Assembly: GCA_963829155.1 (NCBI GenBank)
Contig: CAWHIA010000006.1
Coordinates: forward strand, 179,161-243,160
From: an uncultured Chloroflexia bacterium
Lineage (GTDB): Bacteria; Chloroflexota; Limnocylindria; Limnocylindrales; CSP1-4
DNA: 64,000 bases
Reading direction: 5' to 3'
The translations under genes and the position numbers were made by a program. Under the pieces are notes generated by a model. The model ran no database searches, was not told the DNA's origin, and saw only the letters and a program-made list of their open reading frames with translations. Shown piece after piece: positions 39,971-53,341 of this stretch (its first letter is position 1; each line of letters starts with the position of its first letter).

Positions 39971-40216
39971 ATGGCCGGATATGCGGCGTTCGGGACGGTC
40001 GAGCGGGGCCGCGTGTCGGCGCTCCCGACGGTCCGATGGTGGTCGGGGTACCCGGTCGAGGACACGTGGGTCGACGACGCGACCGCGATGATCGAGGACG
40101 CCGCCGACGAGGCGGTCGCGCCGGCCCGGGCGCGACTGCGAGACCGGGTCGCGACCGTGCGCGAGCAGTGGTCGATCACGACGTTCTACCTGTTCGACCC
40201 GAACAGCTGGCGCTGA
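39971..40216 (+). CDS. Small hypothetical protein (81 aa)
   Basis: TAGACT -10 6 nt before ATG; aromatic C-terminus WSITTFYLFDPNSWR. Confidence 0.6.
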   Translation: MAGYAAFGTVERGRVSALPTVRWWSGYPVEDTWVDDATAMIEDAADEAVAPARARLRDRVATVREQWSITTFYLFDPNSWR

Positions 40217-40228
40217 TCGCGGCCGGGA

Positions 40229-41425
40229 TCAGGCCGGCGGCGCGCCGAACCGGGCGGCGTCCGTCGCTGTCCGGACGCGAGGCTCGCGCGGGTCCGGCTC
40301 GCCCAGCACGAGCGCCGCGACGTGTGCCGCCGAGGCCGGACCGGTCGAGATCCCCCACGGTCCGTGGCCGGCGGCGATGAACAGGCCGTCCGCGCTGTCC
40401 GCGCCCGGCACCGGCCCGACGAGCGGGCGGCCGTCGAGCGCGAGCGGCCGTGCGCAGGCCCGCAGGCCCAAGACTGGGGTGTCCCCGATCGCCGGCAGGT
40501 AGCGCGCGCCGCCCTGCCGGAGCCGTCGTTCGTAGTCGCGCGGGTCCGGCTCGAAGGGCAGGAACGTCGACCCGAGCGACGACCGGCCGTCCACGGTCAC
40601 GAGGCTGAAGCCGATCGCACCGTCCTCCGTGTCCGCGAGCCCGCCGTCGGGCTCGATCGCGGCGTCGACGCCGGCCTCCTCGAGGACATGGGTCGGCGGC
40701 GCCTCGAGCCCGAGCTCCACGATCACGCCCCAGTACGGCAGGATCGGGCGCCAAGCCCCGGACGGGTCGACGATGGCGGGGGTCCAGGGCCCGGCCGTCA
40801 CGACCACGGCCCCCGGGCGCACGACGCCTCCGCCGGTGTCCACGGCAACGGAGGCGCCCGAGGCACGGACGACCCGCGCGCTCGTCGCAGTCCGGATCCG
40901 GGCGCCGCGGCGGACCGCGAGCGCGGCGAACGCCCGGCAGGCGGCGGCCGGCGCGATGGGGAAGCCGATGTCGAGCCGGACGCCACCCAGCCCCTCGGCC
41001 AGGCCGGGCTCGAGCCGGCGCAGGTCGTCAGGCCCGACGTACGAGGCACGGAAGGCGGGGCTGGCGTCGGCGATCGCCACCGCCTGAGCGCGGAGCCTCG
41101 CCTGGTCCCAGCCGAGGGTGAGGATCCCGACGGGCTCTTCGGCGAGGCGGAAGTCACGTTCCGGCGCCCCGGCCGGGAGCTCGGTCCGGACCTCCTCGGC
41201 GAGCCGGCGGTAGCGCGCGAGGGTCTCGAGGTACAGCGTGCCCAGGACCGGGTCCGCCGGATACCAGACCGCGCCGGAGTTGCGTCCCGACGCGCCCGCG
41301 GCGACCTCGTGTCGCTCGAACAGCTCGACGCTGACGCCCCGCCCCGCGAGCTCGGCGGCGAGCGCCGTGCCGACGATGCCGCCTCCGACGATCGCGACGT
41401 CGGGCGTCGGACGCCTCCCCGACAC
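40229..41425 (-). CDS. FAD-dependent oxidoreductase (DAO / glycine oxidase family)
   Basis: VAIVGGGIVG, GASGRNSG, DGRPLVG, GHGPWGISTGP. Confidence 0.9.
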   Translation of the reverse strand: MSGRRPTPDVAIVGGGIVGTALAAELAGRGVSVELFERHEVAAGASGRNSGAVWYPADPVLGTLYLETLARYRRLAEEVRTELPAGAPERDFRLAEEPVGILTLGWDQARLRAQAVAIADASPAFRASYVGPDDLRRLEPGLAEGLGGVRLDIGFPIAPAAACRAFAALAVRRGARIRTATSARVVRASGASVAVDTGGGVVRPGAVVVTAGPWTPAIVDPSGAWRPILPYWGVIVELGLEAPPTHVLEEAGVDAAIEPDGGLADTEDGAIGFSLVTVDGRSSLGSTFLPFEPDPRDYERRLRQGGARYLPAIGDTPVLGLRACARPLALDGRPLVGPVPGADSADGLFIAAGHGPWGISTGPASAAHVAALVLGEPDPREPRVRTATDAARFGAPPA

Positions 41426-41436
41426 GGTCGCCGCGC

Positions 41437-42709
41437 TCAGGCGACGCCGGCGCCGGTGGCGATATCGGCCAGCTCGCCCACCAGGCGGTCGACCTCGGCG
41501 GCCGTGTTGTAGTGGGTGAGCCCGACGCGCAGCACGCCCTCGGGCTCGAGCCCGAGCCGCTCGATCGGCCCCAGCGCGTAGAAGTTGCCCCACCAGGTCG
41601 CGATCCCCCGCTCCCCCAGCGAGACCGAGGCCGCCTCCGCCGACACGCCGTCGAGCGTCACGGCCGCGGTCGGCGTCCGTTCCTCGAATCGCCCCCGGTC
41701 GGCGATGCCCCACAGGCGCAGGCCGTCGATCCCGGCCAGGCCATCGAGCAGTCGGGCGAACAGCGGCATCTCATACGCGCGGATCGCCGCCATCCCCGCG
41801 TGCGCCTCGAGGCGGCGTCCGGTCATGCCCGGGAACCGGCCCGCGAACGCGGCGCCGAACCGGCGCCCCACCTCGGCGATGTACTCGACGGCCGCGAGCG
41901 ACCCGGCGATCCCCTCGTGGTTCAGGGTCCCGGTCTCGAACCGGTCGTAGGCCGGCAGGAGCTTGTACGTCGGCAGCGCGTCGAGGACCTCGCCCCGCCC
42001 GAAGAGGACGCCGGCGTGGGGGCCGAAGAACTTGTAGACCGAGCAGGCGAGGAAGTCGGTGCCGACGGCCTGCACGTCGATCGGGAGGTGGGGCGCGGCG
42101 TGCACGGCGTCGACGTAGGTCAGCGCGCCGGCCTCGTGGGCACGCCGGACGAGCTCGGCCACCGGGTTGATCGACCCCACGGCGTTGGACGCCCACCCGA
42201 AGGCGACGAGCTTGGGCCGGCCGTGGAGGGCGGCGTCGAACGCCTCGACGTCGAGCGTGACGTCGTCCGCGTGGATGTCCACGGTCCGGACCGTGAGCCC
42301 CCGGTCCGCGGCCGCGCTGCGCCACGGGCCCGACGTTCGCCTCGTGGTCGAGGCTCGTCACGACGATCTCGTCGCCGGGCGCGAGGGCAGCGGTGATCGA
42401 CCGCGCGACGTGCATCGTCAGCGTGGTCATGTTGGCGCCGAACTTGATCTCCGACGAGTCGGCGGCGTTGAGCAGGTCGGCCATCGCCTCGTGGGCGTCG
42501 TGGAGGACCGCGTCGCTGCGCTGGGAGGTCAGGAATGGCCCGTCGTGGTTCGCGTTCGACTCGCGGTAGTAGCGGGACACGGCCTCGATCACGGTGTCCG
42601 GGACCTGCGTCCCGCCGGGACCGTCGAACAGCGCGACCGGCCTACCGTCCTGCTCGATCGAGAGCGCGGGAAAGCGGGCGCGCAGCGCGTCGACGTCGAA
42701 CTCGGGCAT
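41437..42709 (-). CDS. Cysteine desulfurase-like class V aminotransferase (frameshift ~42330)
   Basis: FDGPGGTQVP, LDHEAN, VDAVH, SVYKFFGPH, FETGT. Confidence 0.88.
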
Positions 42710-42781
42710 GGTGACCTCTTCCGGTGATCGTCGGCCGATGCTAGCGCGGGCGCCGCCCGTGCTGCGGTTCGCCGAGTGTGG

Positions 42782-42800
42782 ATAGTTGTGTTGTCAACGA
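42782..42800. promoter_or_regulatory. Probable MarR operator (GTTG-N6-CAAC)
   Basis: ATAGTTGTGTTGTCAACGA, an AT-rich imperfect palindrome between the divergent marR and desulfurase-like genes. Confidence 0.5.
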
Positions 42801-42825
42801 CCTTCCAGCGCGGTACCATCTCGCA

Positions 42826-43377
42826 ATGCCGACAGAGACCGCCGCCGGCCGATCCGGGGATCGTGCCGCGGCCAGCGAGCCGCATGTGCCGTCGAGGGGT
42901 GCGGACCCGCGCCTCGGGACGTGGCGCACGTTCCTGCGGGCGCACGCCCGCCTGACGCGCCGCCTCGACGACGAGCTGCGGGCGGCGCACAACCTGTCGC
43001 TCGCGGAGTACGACGCGCTGGTCCAGCTGGCGCAGGCGCCCGGACGCCGGCTGCGCATGAGCGTGCTCGCGGACCGGGTGCTGCTGTCGCGCAGCGGCAT
43101 CACGCGGCTGGTCGACCGCCTCGTCGCCGATGGGATGGTCGAGCGCTCGACCTGCGCCACCGACGCGCGCGGCGCCGAGGCATCCCTGACCCGCGCCGGC
43201 CTCGAGCGGCTGCGCGCGGCCTCGACCACGCACCTCGAGGGCGTGCGCCGCTACTTCCTGGACTCGATCGACGCCACAGACCGGCAGGCGATCGACCGCG
43301 GCCTCGGCCACGTGATGGACGGGCTCGACTGCGCCGCGCCATCGGCGCTCGCGGCGGACCTCGCGGCCGACGCCTGA
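42826..43377 (+). CDS. MarR-family regulator
   Basis: LSLAEYDALVQL, LRMSVLADRVLLSRSGITRLVDRL, DARG..LT..G. Confidence 0.92.
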   Translation: MPTETAAGRSGDRAAASEPHVPSRGADPRLGTWRTFLRAHARLTRRLDDELRAAHNLSLAEYDALVQLAQAPGRRLRMSVLADRVLLSRSGITRLVDRLVADGMVERSTCATDARGAEASLTRAGLERLRAASTTHLEGVRRYFLDSIDATDRQAIDRGLGHVMDGLDCAAPSALAADLAADA

Positions 43378-43387
43378 CGCCCGGCCC

Positions 43388-44125
43388 GTGACGGCGGCCG
43401 GGACCGTCCTCGCCGGCACGAGCGGCTTCGCCTACGCCTCCTGGGCGCCGCTGTTCTACCCGGCCGGAACCAAGTCGCGCGACCTGCTCCCCGCGTACGC
43501 CGCGCGGCTCTCGGCCTGCGAGCTCAACAACACGTTCTACGCGCGGCCGACGGTCGACAAGATCAACGGCTGGTGCGCGGCGACGCCACCGGCGTTCAGG
43601 TTCGTGGTCAAGGCGCAGCGCGGTGCGAGCATCCGGGCGCTGTACGGCGATCCGGCCACCTCCGTGCCGTGGCTGACCGAGACGTTGCCGACGTTCGGCG
43701 AGCGGCTCGGGGCGGTGCTGTTCCGCGTGCCGGGCGAGGTCAAGCGCCAGGACGAGAAGCTCACCGCGCTGCTGGCCGCCTGGCCGCCGGCCATCCCGCT
43801 CGTGCTCGAGGCGCAACACGCGTCGTGGCAGGTCGACGAGACGTTCGCGGCGCTTCGCGAGGCCGGCGTCGTGCTGTGCACCACCGACCTCGACGAGCTC
43901 GAGACGCCGCCCGACATCCGCCGCACCGGCCCGTTCCTGTACCTGCGGCTCCGCCGGACGGCGTACGACGAGGTGGCGCTCGACGCCTGGGCGCGCCGAC
44001 TCGTGCCGTTCCTCGACGACGGGCTCGACGCCTACGTCCTGTTCCGCCACGACGAGGACGGCACGAGCGCCATCCACGCGGCGGCGTTCGCGGATCGCGT
44101 CGAGCGCGTGCGCGCGACCGGCTGA
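43388..44125 (+). CDS. DUF72 family protein
   Basis: GTSGFAY..W, ELNNTFY, FRFVVKA, YLRL. Confidence 0.9.
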   Translation: MTAAGTVLAGTSGFAYASWAPLFYPAGTKSRDLLPAYAARLSACELNNTFYARPTVDKINGWCAATPPAFRFVVKAQRGASIRALYGDPATSVPWLTETLPTFGERLGAVLFRVPGEVKRQDEKLTALLAAWPPAIPLVLEAQHASWQVDETFAALREAGVVLCTTDLDELETPPDIRRTGPFLYLRLRRTAYDEVALDAWARRLVPFLDDGLDAYVLFRHDEDGTSAIHAAAFADRVERVRATG

Positions 44126-44169
44126 CGAGCGACGCGACGCGGGAGCGGGCGATCTGCCTGCCCCACCAA

Positions 44170-44502
44170 TCAGTCTGTCCCGCGCGACCCCTCGGCGGGC
44201 CCGAACACGACGACCAGGCGCAGCGTCTCCGTGATGTCGTGGAACCCGTGCGGGACCCCGGCGGCGACGAAGATCGTGTCGCCAGTGCCGACGTCTCGCG
44301 TCTCCGAGCCGGCCGTGAACCGCGCGCGGCCGGCGAGCACCACGTAGGCCTCGTCCTCGGAGTGTGGCTGCTGGCGGTCAACCGCGCCGGCCTCGAGCAC
44401 GTACAGCCCGAGCGACAGATCGGGCACCCGGAGGAACTCGAGGTAGGGGCCGCCGGACGCCGCCTGCCGGTCGACGAGCGTTTGGAGGGTGTACACGTCC
44501 AT
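44170..44502 (-). CDS. Cupin domain protein
   Basis: QQPHSEDEAYVV...GDTIFVAAGVPHGFH. Confidence 0.88.
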   Translation of the reverse strand: MDVYTLQTLVDRQAASGGPYLEFLRVPDLSLGLYVLEAGAVDRQQPHSEDEAYVVLAGRARFTAGSETRDVGTGDTIFVAAGVPHGFHDITETLRLVVVFGPAEGSRGTD

Positions 44503-44523
44503 CCGGCTACCCTACGCGGAGCC

Positions 44524-45825
44524 ATGCACGTCGTCAGCCCCGCCCGACTCCGCGTCCCGCTGCTGGTGCTCGCCGTCCTCGCGCTGCTTGTCCAGGCGTG
44601 CGGCGACCGCGGCGCGCCATCGGCCGGCGCCGCGGCCACGGCCGCGTCGGCACCGGCATCCGCCGCGCCGACCCCGGGCGAGCCGTCCCCGTCGGCCCCC
44701 GCCGGCCCGTCGCGGAGCCCCGGCGGATCCACCGACCGCCCCGACCTGGCGGCGGCGCACGTCGCGGTAGAGGTCGTCGCGGACGGCCTCGACTCGCCGC
44801 TGTGGGTCGACCGCATCCCCGATGGCAGCGGCCGGCTCGCGGTCGCCGAGCAGGGCGGGAAGATCCGCATCGTCGAGGACGGCCGGCTGCTCCCCGACCC
44901 GTATCTCGACATCACCGATCGGACCCTCTCGGGCGGCGAGCGCGGGCTGCTCGGCGTCGCGTTCCCGCCCGGCTTCGGCGACCAGCACCAGACGCTGTTC
45001 GTCCACTACTCGGACCTCTCGGGCAACACCACCATCGCCGCCTTCGACGCGCCGGCGGGCAGCACCACGCTCGACCCCGGCAGCGGCCGCATCCTGTTCA
45101 CCGCCGACCAGCCGTTTGCCAACCACAACGGCGGGTGGATCGGCTTCGACCCGACGGGGATGCTCCTGATTGCGCTGGGCGACGGCGGCGCCGGCGGTGA
45201 CCCCGAGAACCGCGCGTCGAACCTGGGCGAGCCCCTGGGCAAGATTCTGCGGATCGACGTCCTGAACCCCGGCGACGCGCCGTACGCGATCCCGTCGGAC
45301 AACCCGTTCGTGGACCGCGCCGGCGCCCGCCCCGAGGTCCTCCACTACGGCCTGCGGAACCCGTTCCGCGACAGCATCGACCCCGCCACCGGCGACCTCT
45401 GGATCGGCGACGTGGGCCAGGGCGCGTGGGAGGAGGTCGACGTCGCGCCGGCCGGCGCCCGCGGCCTCGACTTCGGCTGGCGTCGCTGGGAGGGGTCGCA
45501 CTGCTACAACCCGCCGACCGGCTGCGACCCGACCGGCGTCACCATGCCCGTCACCGAGTACCCGCACACGCTCGGCTGCGCGATCATCGGCGGCGTCGTC
45601 TACCACGGCGACGCGATCCCGGCGCTTCGGGGTGCGTACCTCTTCTCCGACAACTGCTCCGGGACGCTGTGGGCGATCGACGCCGGGCTCGAGGCGCCGC
45701 AGGCACCGATCACGCTGCTCGAGACCGGTCGGTCGCTCAGCTCGTTCGGCGTCGACGACGCGGGCGAGGTGGTGCTGACGGACCTGGCCGGCGCGCTGGT
45801 GAAGCTGGTGCCCGCCTCGTCCTGA
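44524..45825 (+). CDS. Lipoprotein PQQ-dependent sugar dehydrogenase (second paralog)
   Basis: Lipobox VQAC; ERGLLGVAF, NHNGG, GLRNP, LSSFG. Confidence 0.9.
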   Translation: MHVVSPARLRVPLLVLAVLALLVQACGDRGAPSAGAAATAASAPASAAPTPGEPSPSAPAGPSRSPGGSTDRPDLAAAHVAVEVVADGLDSPLWVDRIPDGSGRLAVAEQGGKIRIVEDGRLLPDPYLDITDRTLSGGERGLLGVAFPPGFGDQHQTLFVHYSDLSGNTTIAAFDAPAGSTTLDPGSGRILFTADQPFANHNGGWIGFDPTGMLLIALGDGGAGGDPENRASNLGEPLGKILRIDVLNPGDAPYAIPSDNPFVDRAGARPEVLHYGLRNPFRDSIDPATGDLWIGDVGQGAWEEVDVAPAGARGLDFGWRRWEGSHCYNPPTGCDPTGVTMPVTEYPHTLGCAIIGGVVYHGDAIPALRGAYLFSDNCSGTLWAIDAGLEAPQAPITLLETGRSLSSFGVDDAGEVVLTDLAGALVKLVPASS

Positions 45826-45954
45826 TCCGACGGCGCCCCGACGCTTGCGCCGCGCCGCAAGCCGGGTGCAAGCGCAGGACAGATTTCGTTGATCGGCGCA
45901 TCATCGGTGGCCGCTCACCATGCGCCGGTGAGCGATCAACGGGGTGGAGCGCGC

Positions 45955-48711
45955 ATGCCATCAGTGGGGGCGTCTCGGAGCACCGGTGGGGTCCGGTCCC
46001 ACCGGTCGCCGGCGAGCCACCCGCCCCTCCGCCGCGCCCGTCCGCGAGCCCGACGCCGATCGGGCCCGTCGCTCGTCATCCGCGGCTTCGTGCTCCTGGG
46101 GATGCTCCTGGTCCTGATCGCCGTGACCGCCGTCGGCGCCACCGGCTTCGTCGCGATGAGCTCGATCGCGACCCTGTCGCACGACCTCCCGGACCCCGAG
46201 GCGCTGTCGACGCTCTCGTTCGACGAGCCGACGCTGGTCTACGACCGCACCGGGAAGGTGCAGCTCGGTCGCTTCGAGCGCGCCGCACGCCATGTCGTCG
46301 ACTACCGCCAGATCCCGGCGCTCGTGCTCGACGCGACGACGACGGCCGAGGACCGGACGTTCTGGGCCAACGACGGCTACGACGTCCAGGCGATGATCGC
46401 GGCCGCGATCGAGACGCTCCAGGGCGACGGGCGTGGCGCCTCGACGATCACCCAACAGCTCGTCCGGGCGCGGCTGCTGCCGGCCGACGTCGTCGATCCC
46501 GGCGCCGACCTGTTCGTGCGCAAGGCGAAGGAGATCATCCAGTCGGCCCGCCTGACCCAGGCCTTCCCCGGCCAGACCGGCAAGCAGCAGATCATCACCG
46601 CGTACCTGAACCAGGTCTTCTACGGGCACGACGCCTACGGCATCGCGGCCGCGGCCCAGATCTACTTCGGCATCTCGAAGCTGTCCGACCTGACGCCCGC
46701 CCAGGCCGCCCTGCTCGCCGCCCTCCCCAAGTCGCCCTCGAGCCTCGACCCGTACCGCTACGCCGTGACCAACAAGAAGGGCCAGCTGGTCGTGCCACAG
46801 GATGCCCCGCCGATGATCCGACGCGACTGGGTCCTCGACAACCTCGTTGACTCGCGCTGGACGCACCTGACGCCGCAGCAGCTCGCGGCGGCCAAGACCG
46901 AGCCGGTGATCCTGCGCGGCGACCAGCCGCTGATCTACAAGGCGCCGCACTTCATGTGGCAGGTGCGCGGAGAACTGGAGCAGATCCTCGGGTCGGCCGA
47001 CGCCGTCGAGACCGGCGGCTACCGCGTCATCACGACGCTCGACTGGCACGCGCAGCAGATCGCCCAGCACCAGTTGGAGGCCGCGGCGGTGGCGCCCAAC
47101 CTGCCGCCCGCTCGAGCGACGCGCCTGCTGAACCACCTGGGCATCCCCCAGCAGGACCGCGGCTGGATCAACCGGCTGCGGGGCAAGGACCTCCACAACG
47201 GGGCGCTCGTGGTGATCGACTACCGCACCGGCGACGTGCGGGCCTACGTGGGCAGCGCCGGGTACTACCTCGACGGGCTCCGGAGCCGGCGGTTCGAGCC
47301 CAAGTTCGACGCGGCCGGGGTCGGGTTCCGGCAGCCGGGCTCGGCGTTCAAGCCGGTCCTGTACTCGACGGCGTTCGAGCGGAAGGTGCTGACACCCGGC
47401 TCGCTGCTGCTGGACATCACCACGCACTTCAACCGCGCCGAGAACTGGGCGCCCAAGGACGCCGACGGCCTGGAGCGAGGGCCCGTCCTCGTCCGCCAGG
47501 CGCTCCAGATGTCGCTCAACATCCCGGCGATCCGCGCCCTCCAGCGCGTCGGCAACGCGGCGGTCGCCGACCAGGCGGCGAAGATGGGCCTGGCGTTCCA
47601 GGGCGGAAAGCCGGCGTTCATGGCGGCCGGGCTCGCCGGCGCCCTCGGCACGGTCGAGGTCCGGCCGCTCGACCTCGTGTCCGCCTACGGCACGATCGCC
47701 AACGGCGGCGTCCACGAGCCGGCCCGGATGATCCTCGAGATCCAGGACCGGACGGGCAAGGTCGTGTGGCGGGCGCCCGACGCCGGCAAGCGCGCGATGT
47801 CCGCGGCGGCGGCCTACCAGGTGACCGACATCCTGAAGGGCAACACGAACCCGTCGGTGAACCCGATCTGGGCGGCCAAGCTCGCGATCCGCAACGGCCC
47901 GGACGGCACGCGCCGGCCCGCCGCGGTCAAGACCGGGACGGCGACCGACGCGCGCGACCTGTCCACGTACGGGTACCTCGCGCCGCCCGCCAACCCGAAG
48001 GGGCCAGCGCTGGCGATCGGCGTGTGGCTGGGCAACAGCGACCATTCGATGCCGCGGTCGTCGAACCCGGCCATCTCGCTCACGGCCGCCGCCCCGCTGT
48101 GGCGATCGGTGGTGCGCCAGCTCACCAACGGCCAGCCGGTGACCGACTTCCGGCAGCCCGCCGGCCTCGTCCGCTCGCGCATCGACGCGTGGTCCGGCGG
48201 CGCCCCCGGGCCGTGGACCCGCCAAACCCGCACCGACCTGTTCCGCGTCGGCACGCAGCCGGGCGCCCGCAACGCCATCGATCGCCCGGGCCTCCTCTAC
48301 AGCCCGTCGTGCGGCACGTGGGTCGTGGATCCAGTCAAGGCGGAGCTCGGTCCCCGGTCGTGGGACAGCGACGATGCCAACTGGCTCGCCCGCGCCCGGG
48401 CGGGCGTCGGCGTGGGCGGTGCCCTCGGATCGCGGACGGCGTTCTTCTGGGGCCGGTCCGGCTGGGGCGGGCCCCTCCTCGGGGCGTGCTTCGTGCCGCC
48501 GAAGCCCGCCCACGGCAACGGCAATGGGCACGGGCCGCCGCCCGGCCACGGGCCGCCGGGTGGCCCGCCTGGGCAGCCGCCCGCGAGCCCGCCGGCGGGG
48601 ACGCAGCCGCGGCGCCGCCGGATCGGCGCGCGGTCCCTTCGAGCCAATCCCGACCGCCGTCCGGGCGAGCCCCTCGGCGACCCCGATGGCGCGATCGCAA
48701 TGCGGAGTTGA
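45955..48711 (+). CDS. Class A penicillin-binding protein (second paralog); 3' end uncertain
   Basis: AEDRTFW, GASTITQQL, RKAKEI, YLNQVFYG; QPGSAFKP, SLN, KTGT. Confidence 0.92.
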   Translation: MPSVGASRSTGGVRSHRSPASHPPLRRARPRARRRSGPSLVIRGFVLLGMLLVLIAVTAVGATGFVAMSSIATLSHDLPDPEALSTLSFDEPTLVYDRTGKVQLGRFERAARHVVDYRQIPALVLDATTTAEDRTFWANDGYDVQAMIAAAIETLQGDGRGASTITQQLVRARLLPADVVDPGADLFVRKAKEIIQSARLTQAFPGQTGKQQIITAYLNQVFYGHDAYGIAAAAQIYFGISKLSDLTPAQAALLAALPKSPSSLDPYRYAVTNKKGQLVVPQDAPPMIRRDWVLDNLVDSRWTHLTPQQLAAAKTEPVILRGDQPLIYKAPHFMWQVRGELEQILGSADAVETGGYRVITTLDWHAQQIAQHQLEAAAVAPNLPPARATRLLNHLGIPQQDRGWINRLRGKDLHNGALVVIDYRTGDVRAYVGSAGYYLDGLRSRRFEPKFDAAGVGFRQPGSAFKPVLYSTAFERKVLTPGSLLLDITTHFNRAENWAPKDADGLERGPVLVRQALQMSLNIPAIRALQRVGNAAVADQAAKMGLAFQGGKPAFMAAGLAGALGTVEVRPLDLVSAYGTIANGGVHEPARMILEIQDRTGKVVWRAPDAGKRAMSAAAAYQVTDILKGNTNPSVNPIWAAKLAIRNGPDGTRRPAAVKTGTATDARDLSTYGYLAPPANPKGPALAIGVWLGNSDHSMPRSSNPAISLTAAAPLWRSVVRQLTNGQPVTDFRQPAGLVRSRIDAWSGGAPGPWTRQTRTDLFRVGTQPGARNAIDRPGLLYSPSCGTWVVDPVKAELGPRSWDSDDANWLARARAGVGVGGALGSRTAFFWGRSGWGGPLLGACFVPPKPAHGNGNGHGPPPGHGPPGGPPGQPPASPPAGTQPRRRRIGARSLRANPDRRPGEPLGDPDGAIAMRS

Positions 48712-48779
48712 TGTGGTCCCGGACATCTGTCACGCGGCAGGACGACGGCGCTTCCTAGCATCTGGGTGTCCACGGGACC

Positions 48780-48877
48780 ACAACCGAATCCATCACCCTC
48801 GGGAACGCTTGTGACGGGGCGTTCCCGCTCTCCTCTCGGACGGCCGGAGTCCCCCTCCTCCGGCCGTCCGACTCTTT
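48780..48877 (+). ncRNA. Candidate sRNA, tandem copy 1
   Basis: ACAACCGAATCCA; hairpin GGGAACGCTT-GTGACG-GGGCGTTCCC; hairpin TCGGACGGCCGGAG-TCCCCCTC-CTCCGGCCGTCCGA followed by CTCTTT. Confidence 0.6.
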
Positions 48878-48997
48878 CCCTGCCGGCCGGCGAGACGATC
48901 CCGAGGTACGCTGGCCCCACGTGCTGTTATGCCGATGTAATGCGCGTGCAACGTTCTCGGCCGGTCACGGGTGGCGCGCCCACCCTAGAATCACCGC

Positions 48998-49099
48998 ACA
49001 ACTGAATCCAACGCCGCGGCAGCGCCTGTGACGGGGCCTGCCGCGGGCCTCACGCCGCACGGTCCGGTCCCCTCCCGGATCGTGCGGCGTTCTTCGTGT
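48998..49099 (+). ncRNA. Candidate sRNA, tandem copy 2
   Basis: TAGAAT -10 6 nt upstream; ACAACTGAATCCA; hairpin with the same GTGACG loop; hairpin ACGCCGCACGGTCCGG-TCCCCTC-CCGGATCGTGCGGCGT followed by TCTTCGT. Confidence 0.65.
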
Positions 49100-49164
49100 C
49101 CGCCCCGGTGTCCATGGCGGCCTGATCCCGGAGGGCGGGGCGTTCATGTCGCGCGGCGCTGTCG

Positions 49165-50388
49165 CTACCCCGCGAGTGCCATCACCGCGGCGCTGCCTGC
49201 GACCACGACCAGCGGCGGGACCCGCGCGACGAGCAACAGGCCCACCCCCGCGGCGGCCACGACGACCGCGAGCGGCGACGTCAGCGAGCCGGTCATCACG
49301 GGCGAGATGAGGGCGGCCGCGAGGATCCCCACGACCGCCGCGTTGACGCCGGCGAGCGCCGACTCCACGCCCGGCCTGCCGCGGAGCCAGCCAACGACAG
49401 GCAGCGCCGCGAGGACGAGGAGGGCGCCGGGGAGGAAGATTGCGACGAGGGCGAGCAGCCCGCCCGGGACGCCGCCGGGCCCCGCCGTCGACACCGCGCC
49501 GAGGTAGCCGGCGAACGAGAACAGGGGTCCCGGCAGCGCCTGGGCGGCGCCGTACCCCGCGAGGAACTGGTCCTCCGTCACCCAGCCCGGCCGGACGACG
49601 CCCGAGTCGAGGAGCGGCAGCACGACGTGGCCGCCACCGAACACGAGGGCGCCCGCCCGCACGAAGGCGGCGACCAGGCCGAGGTCCGGGTTCCCGGTCA
49701 CGGTGGCCAGGACCTGGCTCCCGAGGACGATCACGAGGAACGCGGTCACGAGCACCATGGCCTCGGAACGGCGACCCGCGTCCGGCCGCTGTCGAGCCGG
49801 GTGCGCCCCTGCCGCGTCGCGGGCCGCGAGTCGTCCTTCGAGCACGAGGCGTCCGATGACGGCGCCGATGCCGATCACGGTCACCTGCGCGAGTGGCGAT
49901 GGCGCGACCAGGACGATGGGCGTCGCCGCGACGGCGATCAGGCGACGCGCCAGGTCCGGCGCGAGCGTGCGAACCATCGTCACCAGCGCCTGGGTCACGA
50001 TCGCGACCGCCGCGACCTCGAGGCCGTGGATGGCACCCGCGACGGCGCCGGTCGCCGGCACGTGCGCGTCGGCCGCCACCAACCCGAGCACGATCATGAT
50101 CAGCGCGCTGGGCAGCGTGAACCCGAGCCATGCGGCGAAGGCGCCGGACCAGCCGGCGCGCAGGCGACCGACCGCGATCGTCAGCTGGCTGCTGGCCGGG
50201 CCGGGCAGCGTCTGGCACAGGGCGGCGAGGTCCGCGAACGCCGCGTCGTCGAGCCAGCCGCGCTCGTCCACGAACGCCCGGCGCTGATAGCCGAGGTGCG
50301 CGATGGGGCCGCCGAACGAGGTCAGCCCCAGCCGGAGCGTGGCGGCAAACACCTCCCGGGCGGTGCCGTGCGGCGCTCGCTGGGGCAC
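49165..50388 (-). CDS. chrA: Chromate efflux transporter (start approximate)
   Basis: [54 protein letters not shown]. Confidence 0.9.
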   Translation of the reverse strand: MPQRAPHGTAREVFAATLRLGLTSFGGPIAHLGYQRRAFVDERGWLDDAAFADLAALCQTLPGPASSQLTIAVGRLRAGWSGAFAAWLGFTLPSALIMIVLGLVAADAHVPATGAVAGAIHGLEVAAVAIVTQALVTMVRTLAPDLARRLIAVAATPIVLVAPSPLAQVTVIGIGAVIGRLVLEGRLAARDAAGAHPARQRPDAGRRSEAMVLVTAFLVIVLGSQVLATVTGNPDLGLVAAFVRAGALVFGGGHVVLPLLDSGVVRPGWVTEDQFLAGYGAAQALPGPLFSFAGYLGAVSTAGPGGVPGGLLALVAIFLPGALLVLAALPVVGWLRGRPGVESALAGVNAAVVGILAAALISPVMTGSLTSPLAVVVAAAGVGLLLVARVPPLVVVAGSAAVMALAG

Positions 50389-50447
50389 GTCCTCGGGGAG
50401 CGCCCCGGTCGTCGCGGACCCGGCCGTCGCGGCGTCCGTGGGCCGGG

Positions 50448-53127
<2,680 letters not shown>

Positions 53128-53341
53128 CAGGGCTCCGTGGACGCTGGGCGACGCACGCCGGGAAACGGCGTACAGCGTAGCCCCGTTGCGGTCCGGATGC
53201 GCCGCCGCCGGAGGTTTCGATTGGGATGCGGCGGCCATCACGGGCCCGATCCCGCGTGCTTGGCCCGGCTGCCAGCCGACCCCTGGCGAAGTCGTGATTT
53301 GCCCTCGTGGGGCACACTTGACGTCGAAGGGGGCCGTATCC

